A stretch of 64,000 nt of DNA from Acidobacteriaceae bacterium (GTDB taxonomy: Bacteria > Acidobacteriota > Terriglobia > Terriglobales > Acidobacteriaceae), in NCBI GenBank assembly GCA_965276615.1, contig OZ255618.1, forward strand, positions 2,598,333 through 2,662,332, in the 5' to 3' direction. The notes below the pieces were generated by a model. That model saw only the letters and a program-made list of their open reading frames with translations. It ran no database searches and was not told where the DNA came from. Shown here in pieces: positions 18,970 to 28,538 of this stretch. The position numbers and the translations under genes are program-made. The first letter of the stretch is position 1. Each line of letters starts with the position of its first letter.

Positions 18970-18975
18970 GCCAAG

Positions 18976-21900
18976 ATGTCCTCTTCAAGGTCCGTTATGC
19001 AGCCCGAAACAGCAGAATCTCGAACCCTTGAACCGGCCGGCGCCAATTGGCACGGACTGCGTTTACCGCCGGCGCCCGTCAGCGAAGTTGGCTCCGTAAA
19101 GGCCTGGCAGGAGCCGGTTGTCCTGAAGACGTACCTGCCAGCCGAGCCCGACCCTAATCCATTGTTCCTGGAAAAGCGTGTCTACCAGGGCAGCAGCGGC
19201 AAGGTGTATCCGCTTCCCGTCATTGACCGCGTGGCCACGACGCCGTGCCAGCACGCATGGCAGGCCGTGCACATAGAGAACGAATACCTGCGCGTCATGA
19301 TCCTGCCGGAGATCGGCGGCCGCATCCATGTCGCCTGCGACAAAGTCAACGGCTACGACTTCTTCTACCGCCAGAACGTGATCAAGCCTGCACTGGTGGG
19401 CCTGGCGGGTCCGTGGATCTCTGGAGGCGTCGAGTTCAACTGGCCCCAGCATCACCGCCCGGCGACCTTTATGCCGGTCGAAATCGCCATCGAGCGTGAG
19501 GAGGACGGAGCGGTGACTGTCTGGTGCAGCGACCATGACCCCATGGCGCGCATGAAGGGCATGCATGGGGTGTGCCTGCGTCCAGGCTGCGCCTATCTAG
19601 AACTGAAAGTCCGCCTGTACAACCGCACCTGTGACACGCAGACCTTTCTCTGGTGGGCCAACGTTGCCACCCGCGTGCACGAGCAGTACCAGTCTTTTTT
19701 CCCCAAGGACGTGCGCTTTGTCGCCGATCATGCCAAGCGGGCGATCACCGAGTTTCCGCAAAGCCTGGGCACCTATTACGGTATTCCCTACGGTGAACGC
19801 GCGCGCGCCGGTGTGCCGCCGGAAGAGATGCCTCGCTGCTTTGTGCCCGATGGCTCCTACCCTGCGAACGATCTCAGCTGGTATGCCAATATCCCGGTGC
19901 CGACCAGCTACATGATCGCCAATTCCCATCAGGATTTTCTTGGCGGCTACGATCATGCTGCCCAGGCCGGCATGGTACACGTGGCCGACCACCACATCGC
20001 GCCCGGCAAGAAGCAGTGGACCTGGGGCAACCAGGAGTTTGGGTATGCCTGGGACCGCAGCCTGACCGATACGGACGGGCCCTATGTGGAGTTGATGGCC
20101 GGCGTGTACACGGACAATCAGCCGGACTTTTCCTTTCTGGCGCCGGGCGAGACCAAGAGCTTCAGCCAGTACTGGTACCCCATTCGCGAGATCGGAGTGC
20201 CCGAAATTGCGAACCTGCACGCCGCGCTGCGCGTGGTCCGCGAGGGGGATATAGCGCAACTCCACCTGCTGGTGACCCACGCGCTGGAAGACGCAACCAT
20301 ACGACTGACCGCTGGAGCAGGACACATCGCCCTCTGGCGCGGTGCCCTGCGTCCGGAAGAACCGCTGCATACCGGCCTGCCTCTGCCCGCAGGCGAACAG
20401 ACCTGGATGATGGAACTGGAGGCAGCGGGCGAGGTGCTCCTGCGCCATGCGCCTGCCGAAATGACGCCGGCACCGGCACCCGAGGCAGCCACCGAACCGG
20501 CAGCACCCGAGCACATGGCGTCCGTTGACGAGCTATATCTGACCGGTCTTCATCTGGAGCAGTACCGTCATGCCACGCGTTCCCCGGAACCCTATTGGCG
20601 CGAAATTTTACGCCGCGATTCCGGCGACAGTCGGGCCAACAACGCGCTGGGCCGGATGCATCTGCGCCGGGGCGAATTCGCGCTGGCCGAGAGTTATCTA
20701 CGCACCGCGATCGCGCGACTTACCTTGCGAAACCCCAACCCATACGACAGCGAGGCGTACTACAACCTGGGACTGGCGCTCCTGTTTCAGGACCGTACTG
20801 GAGAAGCCTACGATGCCTTCTATAAGGCCATCTGGTCAGCGGCATGGCGCGGCCCGGGCTTTCACCGTTTAGCGGAGCTGAACCTGCAGCATGGCCGTCT
20901 GAAGGAAGCTTTGGAACACCTGGATCGCTCCCTGCGCGCGGATGCTGACAATCTGAATGCGATGAATCTGCGCGTGGTCGTGCTGCGTCGGCTTGGTCTT
21001 TTCGATCAAGCCGAGTCCGCTCTGGCGACGGCGCGCGCGTTGGACCCCCTGGATATCTGGAGCCGCTTTCTAACAAACGGGGTTCCACCCGCGGATGCGG
21101 GACAGCGGCTGGACCTGGCCTATGACTGCATGCGAGCCGGCTTGCTCACCGACGCAGAGAGCGCGGTTGGTTCCGCAACCGGCGCCATGGAGTTGTATAC
21201 ACTGGCCTACATCCACGCCTTGCGTGGCGAGATTGCACAAAATCGTGAGGCTGCACAACGGGCTGCCGCCGCTGATCCCACCTACGTTTTCCCCAGCAGG
21301 CTGGAGGAGCAATGCGTGCTGGAAGCGGCCATCGCCGCAAACCCTGCGGATGCTCGCGCGCCCTATTACCTGGGCAACCTGCTCTATGATCGCCGCCGTC
21401 ATTTAGAGGCCATCGCGCAGTGGGAGCGCGCCGCTGCGCTCGATCCGGACTTCCCGACCGTGTGGCGCAATCTTGGCATTGTCTATTACAACGTGGAACG
21501 CGATGAGCAGCGCGCCCGCGAAGCCTATCGCCGCGCCCGCGCTGCCGCGCCCGTCGATGCGCGCATCCTCTATGAACAGGACCAGCTCCGCAAGCGCATG
21601 GGCGACGATCCGGCAGAACGGCTGGCGGCACTCGAAGCCAATCGCGATCTGGTCGTCATGCGCGACAATTTTTCGCTCGAACTGGCTGCCCTGTACAACC
21701 AGGTGGGCCGCCCTGCCGACGCGCTCGCGCTGCTATTGTCGCGCAGCTTCCAGCCCTGGGAGGGCGGCGAGGGACTGGTGTTGGGAGAATTTGTGCGGGC
21801 CCATCTGCTGCTGGGCCGCGCCGCGCTGGCGACCGGGCAGGCACGCGCCGCCATTGCTCACTTCGAGGCCACACTCCATCCGCCCGAAAGCCTGAGCGAG

Positions 21901-22383
21901 ACCTGGCACCTGCTCATGAACCGGAGCCATGTCGAATTCTGGCTGGGCGAAGCGTGGGCAGCCGCGGGTGACCCGGCAGAGGCCCGGCAGCACTGGGAGC
22001 GCGCGGCAAGGCAACGCGGCGACTTCCAGCAGATGCAGCTGCGCTCCGTTTCGGAAATGACCTATTGGAGCGCGATGGCGCTGCATCGGCTCGGCCGGGA
22101 AGAGGAGGCGACGACAGTATTTCAGCAGATCCTGGAGTATGCGGCGGCGCTGGATGAGGAGACGCCAAAGATCGACTATTTCGCTACCTCGCTGCCGTTG
22201 ATGCTGCTCTTTGAAGAAGACCTGGGCAAGCGGCAGCATATTACCGCCATGTTTCTCCGGGCCCAGGCCCTGCTGGGACTGGGCCGCATAGCAGAGGCTG
22301 AGGCGGCGCTCGATCAGGTGCGCGCGTTCGATCGCGCCCACGCGGGAGCTAGAGACCTGCTTGCACGGGAGGCGGTCGGATAA
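18976..22383 (+). CDS. DUF5107-like N-terminal domain protein with C-terminal TPR repeats
   Basis: The segment NEYLRVMILPEIGGRI...FFYRQNVIKPALVGLAGPWISGGVEFNWPQHHRP matches my memory of DUF5107. The C-terminal roughly 600 aa are TPR-like. The start is uncertain: ATG 18976 or 18997, while the ORF track gives TTG 18889. Confidence 0.6.
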   Translation: MSSSRSVMQPETAESRTLEPAGANWHGLRLPPAPVSEVGSVKAWQEPVVLKTYLPAEPDPNPLFLEKRVYQGSSGKVYPLPVIDRVATTPCQHAWQAVHIENEYLRVMILPEIGGRIHVACDKVNGYDFFYRQNVIKPALVGLAGPWISGGVEFNWPQHHRPATFMPVEIAIEREEDGAVTVWCSDHDPMARMKGMHGVCLRPGCAYLELKVRLYNRTCDTQTFLWWANVATRVHEQYQSFFPKDVRFVADHAKRAITEFPQSLGTYYGIPYGERARAGVPPEEMPRCFVPDGSYPANDLSWYANIPVPTSYMIANSHQDFLGGYDHAAQAGMVHVADHHIAPGKKQWTWGNQEFGYAWDRSLTDTDGPYVELMAGVYTDNQPDFSFLAPGETKSFSQYWYPIREIGVPEIANLHAALRVVREGDIAQLHLLVTHALEDATIRLTAGAGHIALWRGALRPEEPLHTGLPLPAGEQTWMMELEAAGEVLLRHAPAEMTPAPAPEAATEPAAPEHMASVDELYLTGLHLEQYRHATRSPEPYWREILRRDSGDSRANNALGRMHLRRGEFALAESYLRTAIARLTLRNPNPYDSEAYYNLGLALLFQDRTGEAYDAFYKAIWSAAWRGPGFHRLAELNLQHGRLKEALEHLDRSLRADADNLNAMNLRVVVLRRLGLFDQAESALATARALDPLDIWSRFLTNGVPPADAGQRLDLAYDCMRAGLLTDAESAVGSATGAMELYTLAYIHALRGEIAQNREAAQRAAAADPTYVFPSRLEEQCVLEAAIAANPADARAPYYLGNLLYDRRRHLEAIAQWERAAALDPDFPTVWRNLGIVYYNVERDEQRAREAYRRARAAAPVDARILYEQDQLRKRMGDDPAERLAALEANRDLVVMRDNFSLELAALYNQVGRPADALALLLSRSFQPWEGGEGLVLGEFVRAHLLLGRAALATGQARAAIAHFEATLHPPESLSETWHLLMNRSHVEFWLGEAWAAAGDPAEARQHWERAARQRGDFQQMQLRSVSEMTYWSAMALHRLGREEEATTVFQQILEYAAALDEETPKIDYFATSLPLMLLFEEDLGKRQHITAMFLRAQALLGLGRIAEAEAALDQVRAFDRAHAGARDLLAREAVG

Positions 22384-22385
22384 CT

Positions 22386-23819
22386 ATGCAAGGCCCTCCC
22401 GTACTGCCCGGCACATCCCGGACGGCACATCCGGCGCCAGCTACCGCATACGTGTGGGGCATCGCGCTGGCGGCTGCCCTGGGCGGCCTGCTCTTCGGTT
22501 ATGACTGGGTAGTCATCGGCGGCGGGCGCGAGTTCTTCGAGGTCTACTTCCACCTGACCACAGCGGCCTCGGTCGGCTGGGCCAACAGCTGCGCGCTGGT
22601 TGGCTGCTTTGCCGGATCGCTGGTGGCCGGAGCATTCGGCAACCGTTATGGCCGCAAACCGGTGCTGCTTGTTTCCGCCGTGTTGTTTGCCTTCTCCTCT
22701 ATCCTTACAGGCTGGGCATTCTCATTCGCGACCTTTATCGTATGGCGCATTGCCGGCGGCGTGGCCATCGGACTCAGCTCCAGCATTTCTCCGATGTACA
22801 TTGCCGAGGTCAGTCCGGCAGCGCACCGCGGACGGCTGGTGAGCCTCAATCAATTTGCGATTGTGATCGGCATCCTGCTGGCGCAGGTGGTCAACTGGCG
22901 GATCGCCGCCGCCATTCCGCCGCATATTTCAGCGGCGGCGCTGCTGGCTTCGTGGAATGTGCAGCGCGGCTGGCGCTGGATGTTCACCGCCGTGGCCGTA
23001 CCCGCGGCGGTTTTTCTGTTCGCCTCGTTAGGCATACCCGAAAGCCCGCGCTGGCTGCTCGCCAGGGGTCGAGAGCAGCAGGCCAGGGACGTGCTCCGCA
23101 GGGTAGGCGGCAGCCTGGCGTACGCCAACGCGGAAACAACCGCCATTCTGCGTGCGCTGCACGACGAAGAGGATCGGACCACGAGCTGGCGCGGCCTGTG
23201 GCAGCCTGGCGTGCGCGGGGTGCTGCTGATCGCCATTGCACTGGCGGTGCTGCAGCAGTGGAGCGGGATCAACATCCTTTTCAATTATGCGGAGGAGGTC
23301 TATCGCGCGGCCGGCCTGGGCGCTAACCAGATATTTTTAGACATCGTTATCACGGGCGCCATCAATCTGCTGTTCACCTTGTTCGCCATGGCCATCGTGG
23401 ACCGGCTGGGTCGTCGTCCCCTGATGCTATTTGGCTGTCTGGGCATCGGCGTGTCGCACCTGCTGGCGGGGCTAGCCTACCGCACCGGCCTGCATGGCAC
23501 GCCTGTGCTGGTGCTCACGCTGTGCGCCATTGGATGCTATGCCATGACGCTGGCCCCGCTCACCTGGGTGCTGATTGCCGAGATCTTCCCCAACCGTCTG
23601 CGCTCGCTCGGCGTCTCCGCGGCGGTGTCCGCGCTGTGGATTGCCTCGTTTGCGCTCACGTATTCATTTCCCTTTATCAATCGCGCGTTTGGAAGCTCTG
23701 GGAGCTTCTTTACCTACTCCGCAATCTGCTTTGCCGGAGCGGTCTTCGTTTTTCTCTGGGTGCCGGAAACCAAGGGCCGCACTTTAGAAGAAATCGAAGC
23801 AAAAATCCTGCGAACGTGA
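22386..23819 (+). CDS. MFS sugar porter family transporter
   Basis: GRKPVLL, PESPRWL and PETKGRTLEEIE signatures. The ATG lies 2 nt after the upstream stop. Confidence 0.9.
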   Translation: MQGPPVLPGTSRTAHPAPATAYVWGIALAAALGGLLFGYDWVVIGGGREFFEVYFHLTTAASVGWANSCALVGCFAGSLVAGAFGNRYGRKPVLLVSAVLFAFSSILTGWAFSFATFIVWRIAGGVAIGLSSSISPMYIAEVSPAAHRGRLVSLNQFAIVIGILLAQVVNWRIAAAIPPHISAAALLASWNVQRGWRWMFTAVAVPAAVFLFASLGIPESPRWLLARGREQQARDVLRRVGGSLAYANAETTAILRALHDEEDRTTSWRGLWQPGVRGVLLIAIALAVLQQWSGINILFNYAEEVYRAAGLGANQIFLDIVITGAINLLFTLFAMAIVDRLGRRPLMLFGCLGIGVSHLLAGLAYRTGLHGTPVLVLTLCAIGCYAMTLAPLTWVLIAEIFPNRLRSLGVSAAVSALWIASFALTYSFPFINRAFGSSGSFFTYSAICFAGAVFVFLWVPETKGRTLEEIEAKILRT

Positions 23820-23938
23820 GAGTTTGCCGGCACAATCACAAACGAGGCCCATTCTCCGTGTATTGTGCGAAGAGTGGGACAGAAAAATTTCTCCACTTAG
23901 CTCTCTTTGGTATATAATGCTGCTCCGAGGAGGCGAAC

Positions 23939-24742
23939 ATGGCGCGCCTCATTTCCCTTCTATTTCTGTCTACGTTCGCTATAACAAGCTGCAACAACAG
24001 CGGCTGCAATAACAGCGGCCCGCCACCCGCCGGTATCGCGGTCAGTGCTCAAACCCATGTCACCTATTATGAAAAGCAGGATTCGGCGAACGCTTGGTCT
24101 AGCGGCAACAACTGGTATTTGACCGTGCATGGCCAACATTACGGCCCCAACGCACAAGTCACAATCAAAAGCGGCATAGTACCGGGCAAAAGCGGTTTGT
24201 TCACCTTCGGTACAGCGACCACGGATTCGAACGGCTCGTTTACATTTTCAACGTCCGGTGGTTCGTTTACCTCCGACCGAAGCAATTGGAATGTCGATGT
24301 TCATGTCACAGCCCAACAGAACAACACTGGCTGGTTTGAAGTGGCTGAGGTCAACGGCGGTATCTTTGTCAATTGTCTTCCTACCATTTCCTCGCCGAAT
24401 CAGCTCTCAGCATTTTCGGTGACCTTGCCGATTCCGCCATGGGCCCCCGGACAGAACTACAGTTGTCCGCAACTTCCACCCCAGTCCGGAGGCGGAGGTG
24501 GTGGGGGAGGAGGAGGCGGTGGGGGAGGAGGAGGCGGTGGGGGTCCATGCCCATCCGCGGGGGCTGCGGGCTGTGCGTGCAAAACCGGTGGCGTGTGCAA
24601 CACCGGCCTGGTCTGCGCCTACGGATCAACTTGCATTGCTTGTGGCGGCTATGGTCAACCCTGTTGTTCCGGCAATACCTGTTCAAAAGGCCTCAGCTGC
24701 AAATATTCGCCGGCGCAGAACACCAATTCTTGTCTGCCCTAA
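23939..24742 (+). CDS. Lipoprotein with 19-Gly linker and C-terminal Cys-rich module
   Basis: Lipobox-like LSTFAITSC. Nineteen consecutive Gly codons (24488-24544) are followed by 12 Cys in about 70 aa. AGGAGG lies 5 nt upstream, with a TATATAAT box further upstream. Confidence 0.75.
   Translation: MARLISLLFLSTFAITSCNNSGCNNSGPPPAGIAVSAQTHVTYYEKQDSANAWSSGNNWYLTVHGQHYGPNAQVTIKSGIVPGKSGLFTFGTATTDSNGSFTFSTSGGSFTSDRSNWNVDVHVTAQQNNTGWFEVAEVNGGIFVNCLPTISSPNQLSAFSVTLPIPPWAPGQNYSCPQLPPQSGGGGGGGGGGGGGGGGGGGPCPSAGAAGCACKTGGVCNTGLVCAYGSTCIACGGYGQPCCSGNTCSKGLSCKYSPAQNTNSCLP
24500..24543 (+). repeat. 18-bp tandem repeat (GGTGGGGGAGGAGGAGGC), about 2.4 copies, inside the poly-Gly region
   Basis: Units at 24500-24517 and 24518-24535 are identical, followed by a partial third copy. 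The unit is in-frame (6 codons). Confidence 0.9.
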
Positions 24743-24805
24743 CGACGGACTGGTGGCCTGTCGCAGAGAAAACGTTAGCGGAAAGAAACCTAGCGAATTA
24801 ACGAA

Positions 24806-24831
24806 CCCACGTCTCAGAATCGAGACGTGGG
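24806..24831 (+). terminator. Stem-loop after the lipoprotein gene
   Basis: CCCACGTCTC-agaatc-GAGACGTGGG, a perfect 10-bp stem. A TTTTT run begins 9 nt later. Confidence 0.5.
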
Positions 24832-24889
24832 GCACCCCGGTTTTTCAGCTCTGGTAACGAAAGTCTTTCGACAAGTCTTCGTCGCCGGG

Positions 24890-24919
24890 GTCAAAAGCGA
24901 AGAACCTCGCGCTTTTGAC
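24890..24919 (-). terminator. Stem-loop after the GH36 gene
   Basis: GTCAAAAGCG-N10-CGCTTTTGAC, a perfect 10-bp stem 15 nt beyond the GH36 stop. Confidence 0.45.
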
Positions 24920-24933
24920 TCACACCCGTCACA

Positions 24934-27249
24934 TCAATCCCTCTCCAAAACAAACAGCGCCGCCTGAAAATCTCCCCGCAACAGAACGTCAACGCCACGA
25001 TGCATCCAATAGTCGCCGCTCGCGCGCTGCGGAGTGCGCGGGTCCAGCTTCCCATCGAGCGCATGAATGCTGTATTCGTGGTCTGGCTCAAGCCCCCGAA
25101 GGTAAAGGCGGGGATAGCTCTCGCCCTCCTGACTGGAGTGCAGGAAGGCGAAAACGGCCGTCTCTCGGCGGTCGCGCGATATTGATTCGGTGACTGAGTA
25201 CTCGCTGCCGCCGAGCGGCGAGACAAGGCGATATAACGAGCCGTCCTGCACGGTAGCGCGCAGTTGTTTGTACTGCGCCACCATGGTCTTCGCGGTCGCC
25301 AAATCTTCTGGAGTCCACTTGTTCAGGTCGGCGCCAATGCCAAGGCTTCCCTGCATGGAGGAAAGGAAGCGGTACTCGAGCGACGTGGAGCGATGGTTCA
25401 TCCAGTTGGGCGAGTCCGTTACCCAGGCCATCATCAGTCCCGGCGAATAGGCGTAGCTGAAACCGTTCTGGATGCGGAGTCGGTCGAAAGGGTCGGTGTT
25501 GTCCGAAGGCCATACCTCATCGGTGTAGCGCAGGATGCCGAGGTCCACCCGCGCGCCGCCGCCGGAGCAGGACTCGATCTCCACCTTCGGATGCTTCGCG
25601 CGCAGTTCGGCGAGAATGCCGTACAGGTTGCGCACGTATTTCACGTACACCTCCTTCTGCTCGGCGAGCGGCGCGGCTGGCCAGCCCGGCTCCGACCAAT
25701 TACGGTTGTAGTCCCACTTGAGGAATGCGATGTCGTTGTCGGTCAGCAGTTTATCCAGAAAGTTGTACACGTAGGCGCGCACGTCCGGGCGCGCCAGGTT
25801 CAGCACCAATTGGTTCCTGCCTTCGGTGCGGGGACGCCCGGGAAAGTTGAGCACCCAATCAGGATGAGCGCGATAGAGGGTACTGTCCGGGTTCACCATC
25901 TCCGGCTCGACCCACAGGCCGAAGTCCATCCCCAGTGCGTGCACCTTGTCGATGAGCGGCTTCAGGCCGTGCGGGAACTTCTGCGGGTTCACATACCAGT
26001 CGCCCAGGCCGGCACGGTCATTCTTCCGCTGGCCGAACCAGCCGTCGTCCATCACAAAGCGCTCTACGCCGATGCTGGCGGCCTTCTCCGCCAGTGCTTC
26101 CTGGCCCGCTTCGTTCACGTTGAAGCCGGTCGCTTCCCAGGAGTTGTAAAGAACGGGCCGCAGCCGGCGATGCGGCGCCTCGGGAACAATGGAATCCAGT
26201 TCGAAACGGTGGAGCAGACGCGATGCCCCGCCAATGCCCGTGTCGGAATAGCCGCCATAGAATTTCGGCGTTTCCAGCGATTGACCCGGCTTGAGTTGGT
26301 AGGCGAAATCGAACGGCGTGAAGCCACCGGTTACGCGAACCCGGTGAGCCCAGCTCTGCTCGATGTCGATCTGCCAGGAGCCGCTCCAGCCCAGCGCGCC
26401 AAACCACACGCTGCCCACATCCTGATCCGGTTGGCTGCCGCGCTCGATGGCGAACCACGGATTAGCTTCATCGCCGGTAGAACCGCGCCGGCTTTCCAGC
26501 ACAATCTTGCCTGGGTGCAGCGCCTGCTCCTGCAGGTTCCATTCGCCGGCCCAGTGGCCGGTCAGATAGCGCAACCGGTAGTCGCTGCTGCGCGGCAAGT
26601 TCCAGGTAGCGGCAAATGCCTGCTCGATGGTGAAAGGCTCCTTGGTGCGGTTCTCGATGCGGGCCGAGCGCGCCAGGATACCGGTTGCCGCATTTACCTG
26701 GTAGAGAAGATCCACGATCACGTTGCGTTCGATATCCTTGAGCGTGATCGTCAATGTGTTTCCTCGAATGGTGTGCGAAAGGTAGTGGAGCACCAGGTCG
26801 CGATTGCCATCCGGAAAAGTGATTTTCAGGTCGGGGACGACGTACAGGCCGCCGCCCCAGCCCACAAACTCCTGCGGCGTGGCGTTTGCCGGCAACTCGA
26901 AGGCGGAGCTGCCTCTATCTGAGCGCGGCGCGGGAAATGGGTCGCCGGGCTGGAGACGCTTGCCCCAGTAAAGGGCCTGCAACTCGCCTTTCTCATTTAC
27001 GCCGAGCACGTAGGAGATATCTGCGGCATCAATGCGGAACGTGTGCGCCGCGGCGTCATAGCGGATTTTCGCAGGTGGGGCGGCGGATGTCTGAGCCGGA
27101 GATGGCAGCGCGATCGAGAACAGGGACACGCAGAAAGCTGCGCGAAAGAGCAGTGTGACTCGAGAAAACAGTGAAAAGTGGCATCGATATGCGCGGATGC
27201 GGGCGCAAAAAATAGGACATAGATCAGTTGTAGGACAGGGATCGCTCAT
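24934..27249 (-). CDS. GH36 alpha-galactosidase
   Basis: KWDYNRN and CSGGGARVDLG catalytic-region motifs, 771 aa. It has a long signal-like N-terminus and GGAGGA 4 nt upstream. Confidence 0.85.
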   Translation of the reverse strand: MSDPCPTTDLCPIFCARIRAYRCHFSLFSRVTLLFRAAFCVSLFSIALPSPAQTSAAPPAKIRYDAAAHTFRIDAADISYVLGVNEKGELQALYWGKRLQPGDPFPAPRSDRGSSAFELPANATPQEFVGWGGGLYVVPDLKITFPDGNRDLVLHYLSHTIRGNTLTITLKDIERNVIVDLLYQVNAATGILARSARIENRTKEPFTIEQAFAATWNLPRSSDYRLRYLTGHWAGEWNLQEQALHPGKIVLESRRGSTGDEANPWFAIERGSQPDQDVGSVWFGALGWSGSWQIDIEQSWAHRVRVTGGFTPFDFAYQLKPGQSLETPKFYGGYSDTGIGGASRLLHRFELDSIVPEAPHRRLRPVLYNSWEATGFNVNEAGQEALAEKAASIGVERFVMDDGWFGQRKNDRAGLGDWYVNPQKFPHGLKPLIDKVHALGMDFGLWVEPEMVNPDSTLYRAHPDWVLNFPGRPRTEGRNQLVLNLARPDVRAYVYNFLDKLLTDNDIAFLKWDYNRNWSEPGWPAAPLAEQKEVYVKYVRNLYGILAELRAKHPKVEIESCSGGGARVDLGILRYTDEVWPSDNTDPFDRLRIQNGFSYAYSPGLMMAWVTDSPNWMNHRSTSLEYRFLSSMQGSLGIGADLNKWTPEDLATAKTMVAQYKQLRATVQDGSLYRLVSPLGGSEYSVTESISRDRRETAVFAFLHSSQEGESYPRLYLRGLEPDHEYSIHALDGKLDPRTPQRASGDYWMHRGVDVLLRGDFQAALFVLERD

Positions 27250-27288
27250 AGAGTTCCTCCAAAAGTCTGGGCAGGGCTCGGCAGCTAT

Positions 27289-27300
27289 GTTTACGTTAAC
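27289..27300. promoter_or_regulatory. LacI-type operator copy B (GTTTACGTTAAC)
   Basis: It lies 40 bp upstream of the GH36 ATG and 137 bp upstream of the divergent LacI gene. It differs at one position from the perfect palindrome GTTAACGTTAAC. Confidence 0.55.
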
Positions 27301-27436
27301 GGAAACAACACTACACAGGCTTGAGTTTCACTGTCAAAATGTATCTGCATGTGTTTGCGCGTCGTGCGAGGGGAGACACAATCCTTTTAAAGACTGCTGC
27401 TCTCCGCAAGAGTACGTTTGCGCAGTATAGGGAAAA

Positions 27437-28516
27437 ATGGACCTGAGCGGGAAAGCAGCAGGCATCCGCGAAATCGCGGATGCACTCGGAACCTCCATCG
27501 GCACCGTGGATCGCGCGCTTCATGACCGTGGCGGCGTGAGCGCCAGGACCAAAGCCCGGGTGCTGCGCATGGCCGAGCAACTCGGCTACAAACCCAACAT
27601 TGCGGCCCGTTCGCTCAAGCTCAATCGCAAGCTCCGCATCGCCGCTGTGCTGCCGGGCGAGATCGCCTGTTTTTTCAACCCGCTCCGCTCAGGCATTCGC
27701 GCTGCAGCCGAGGAGACTAGAGGCTTGCAGGTTACGCTTGACTTCTATGAGTATCCTCGTCTCGGCTCGGGCGATCTCGGATTATTGAAAAGCGTCGCAG
27801 CGAAAGAATATGACGGAATCCTTTTTACCCCAGGACATCCCCGCGAACTGGCCCCGCTGATTCGGCAGGTAGTGCGACAGGGCACTGCAATGTTGTGCGT
27901 GGCAAGTGACGCACCGGGCAGTGAGCGCATCGCCTCAGTCGCTGTGGATGCCTACACCAGCGGCGCCTTGGCCGCCGAACTGCTCTCACACAAGCTGCAG
28001 GCGCCCTCGCGCGTGGCCACCATCACTGGCGAGTTAGCTATTTTTGACCACGCGGAGAAGTTGCGCGGCTTTGCCGCAACGCTGGCAATGCTGGCGCCGC
28101 ATCTCACACTGCTTCCGGTCGTAGAATCGCACGAAATCCCGCAAGACGCCTATCGGCAGACCGCCGCGCTGTTTAAGAGCAAAGCGCGGCCCGACGGAAT
28201 TTACATCAGCACAGCGAACAGCTTGCCGGTGCTGAAGGCGCTGGAAGAACAGAAGCTGCTCGGCCGCATGCACATAATCGCAACCGACCTGTTCCACGAG
28301 CTGATACCGCTGCTGGATTCGGGCAAGGTGCTGGCCACGCTCTACCAGCGGCCCTATGCGCAAGGTAAGATCGCGTTTGAGATGCTGATTGACTATTTGC
28401 TGGAAAAGAACAAGCCAGTCAAAATACATCGACTTGCTCCGCACATCGTTCTTCGCAGCAACCTCTCGCTATTTGTCGGCCGTTTGGAAGACGCGCCCGT
28501 CGACCGAGCAGTATAG
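27437..28516 (+). CDS. LacI-family transcriptional regulator
   Basis: HTH IREIADALGTSIGTVDRALHDRGGVS plus a sugar-binding domain. It is divergent from GH36. Confidence 0.85.
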   Translation: MDLSGKAAGIREIADALGTSIGTVDRALHDRGGVSARTKARVLRMAEQLGYKPNIAARSLKLNRKLRIAAVLPGEIACFFNPLRSGIRAAAEETRGLQVTLDFYEYPRLGSGDLGLLKSVAAKEYDGILFTPGHPRELAPLIRQVVRQGTAMLCVASDAPGSERIASVAVDAYTSGALAAELLSHKLQAPSRVATITGELAIFDHAEKLRGFAATLAMLAPHLTLLPVVESHEIPQDAYRQTAALFKSKARPDGIYISTANSLPVLKALEEQKLLGRMHIIATDLFHELIPLLDSGKVLATLYQRPYAQGKIAFEMLIDYLLEKNKPVKIHRLAPHIVLRSNLSLFVGRLEDAPVDRAV

Positions 28517-28538
28517 CTTGGAGTTCTCGACCAGTTTT

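Noticed and set aside
24488-24544. Poly-G-rich DNA considered as a phase-variation homopolymer tract or CRISPR-like repeat
   Set aside because: It is made of mixed GGN codons rather than a homopolymer, so frameshifting slippage is unlikely; only in-frame 18-bp unit changes are plausible. There are no spacers or repeat periodicity of CRISPR type anywhere in the window.
25264-26922. 552-aa ORF on the plus strand inside the GH36 gene. Similar cases are 29186-30946, 7593-8648, 54758-55600, 52675-53529, 19597-20514, 38369-39265, 32235-33161, 16136-16864 and 1180-1809.
   Set aside because: All are antisense to, or out of frame with, genes that have clear family signatures. Their products are Arg/Ala/Gly/Pro-rich and low-complexity, as expected from GC-rich third-position bias. 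None has an SD or recognisable motifs.
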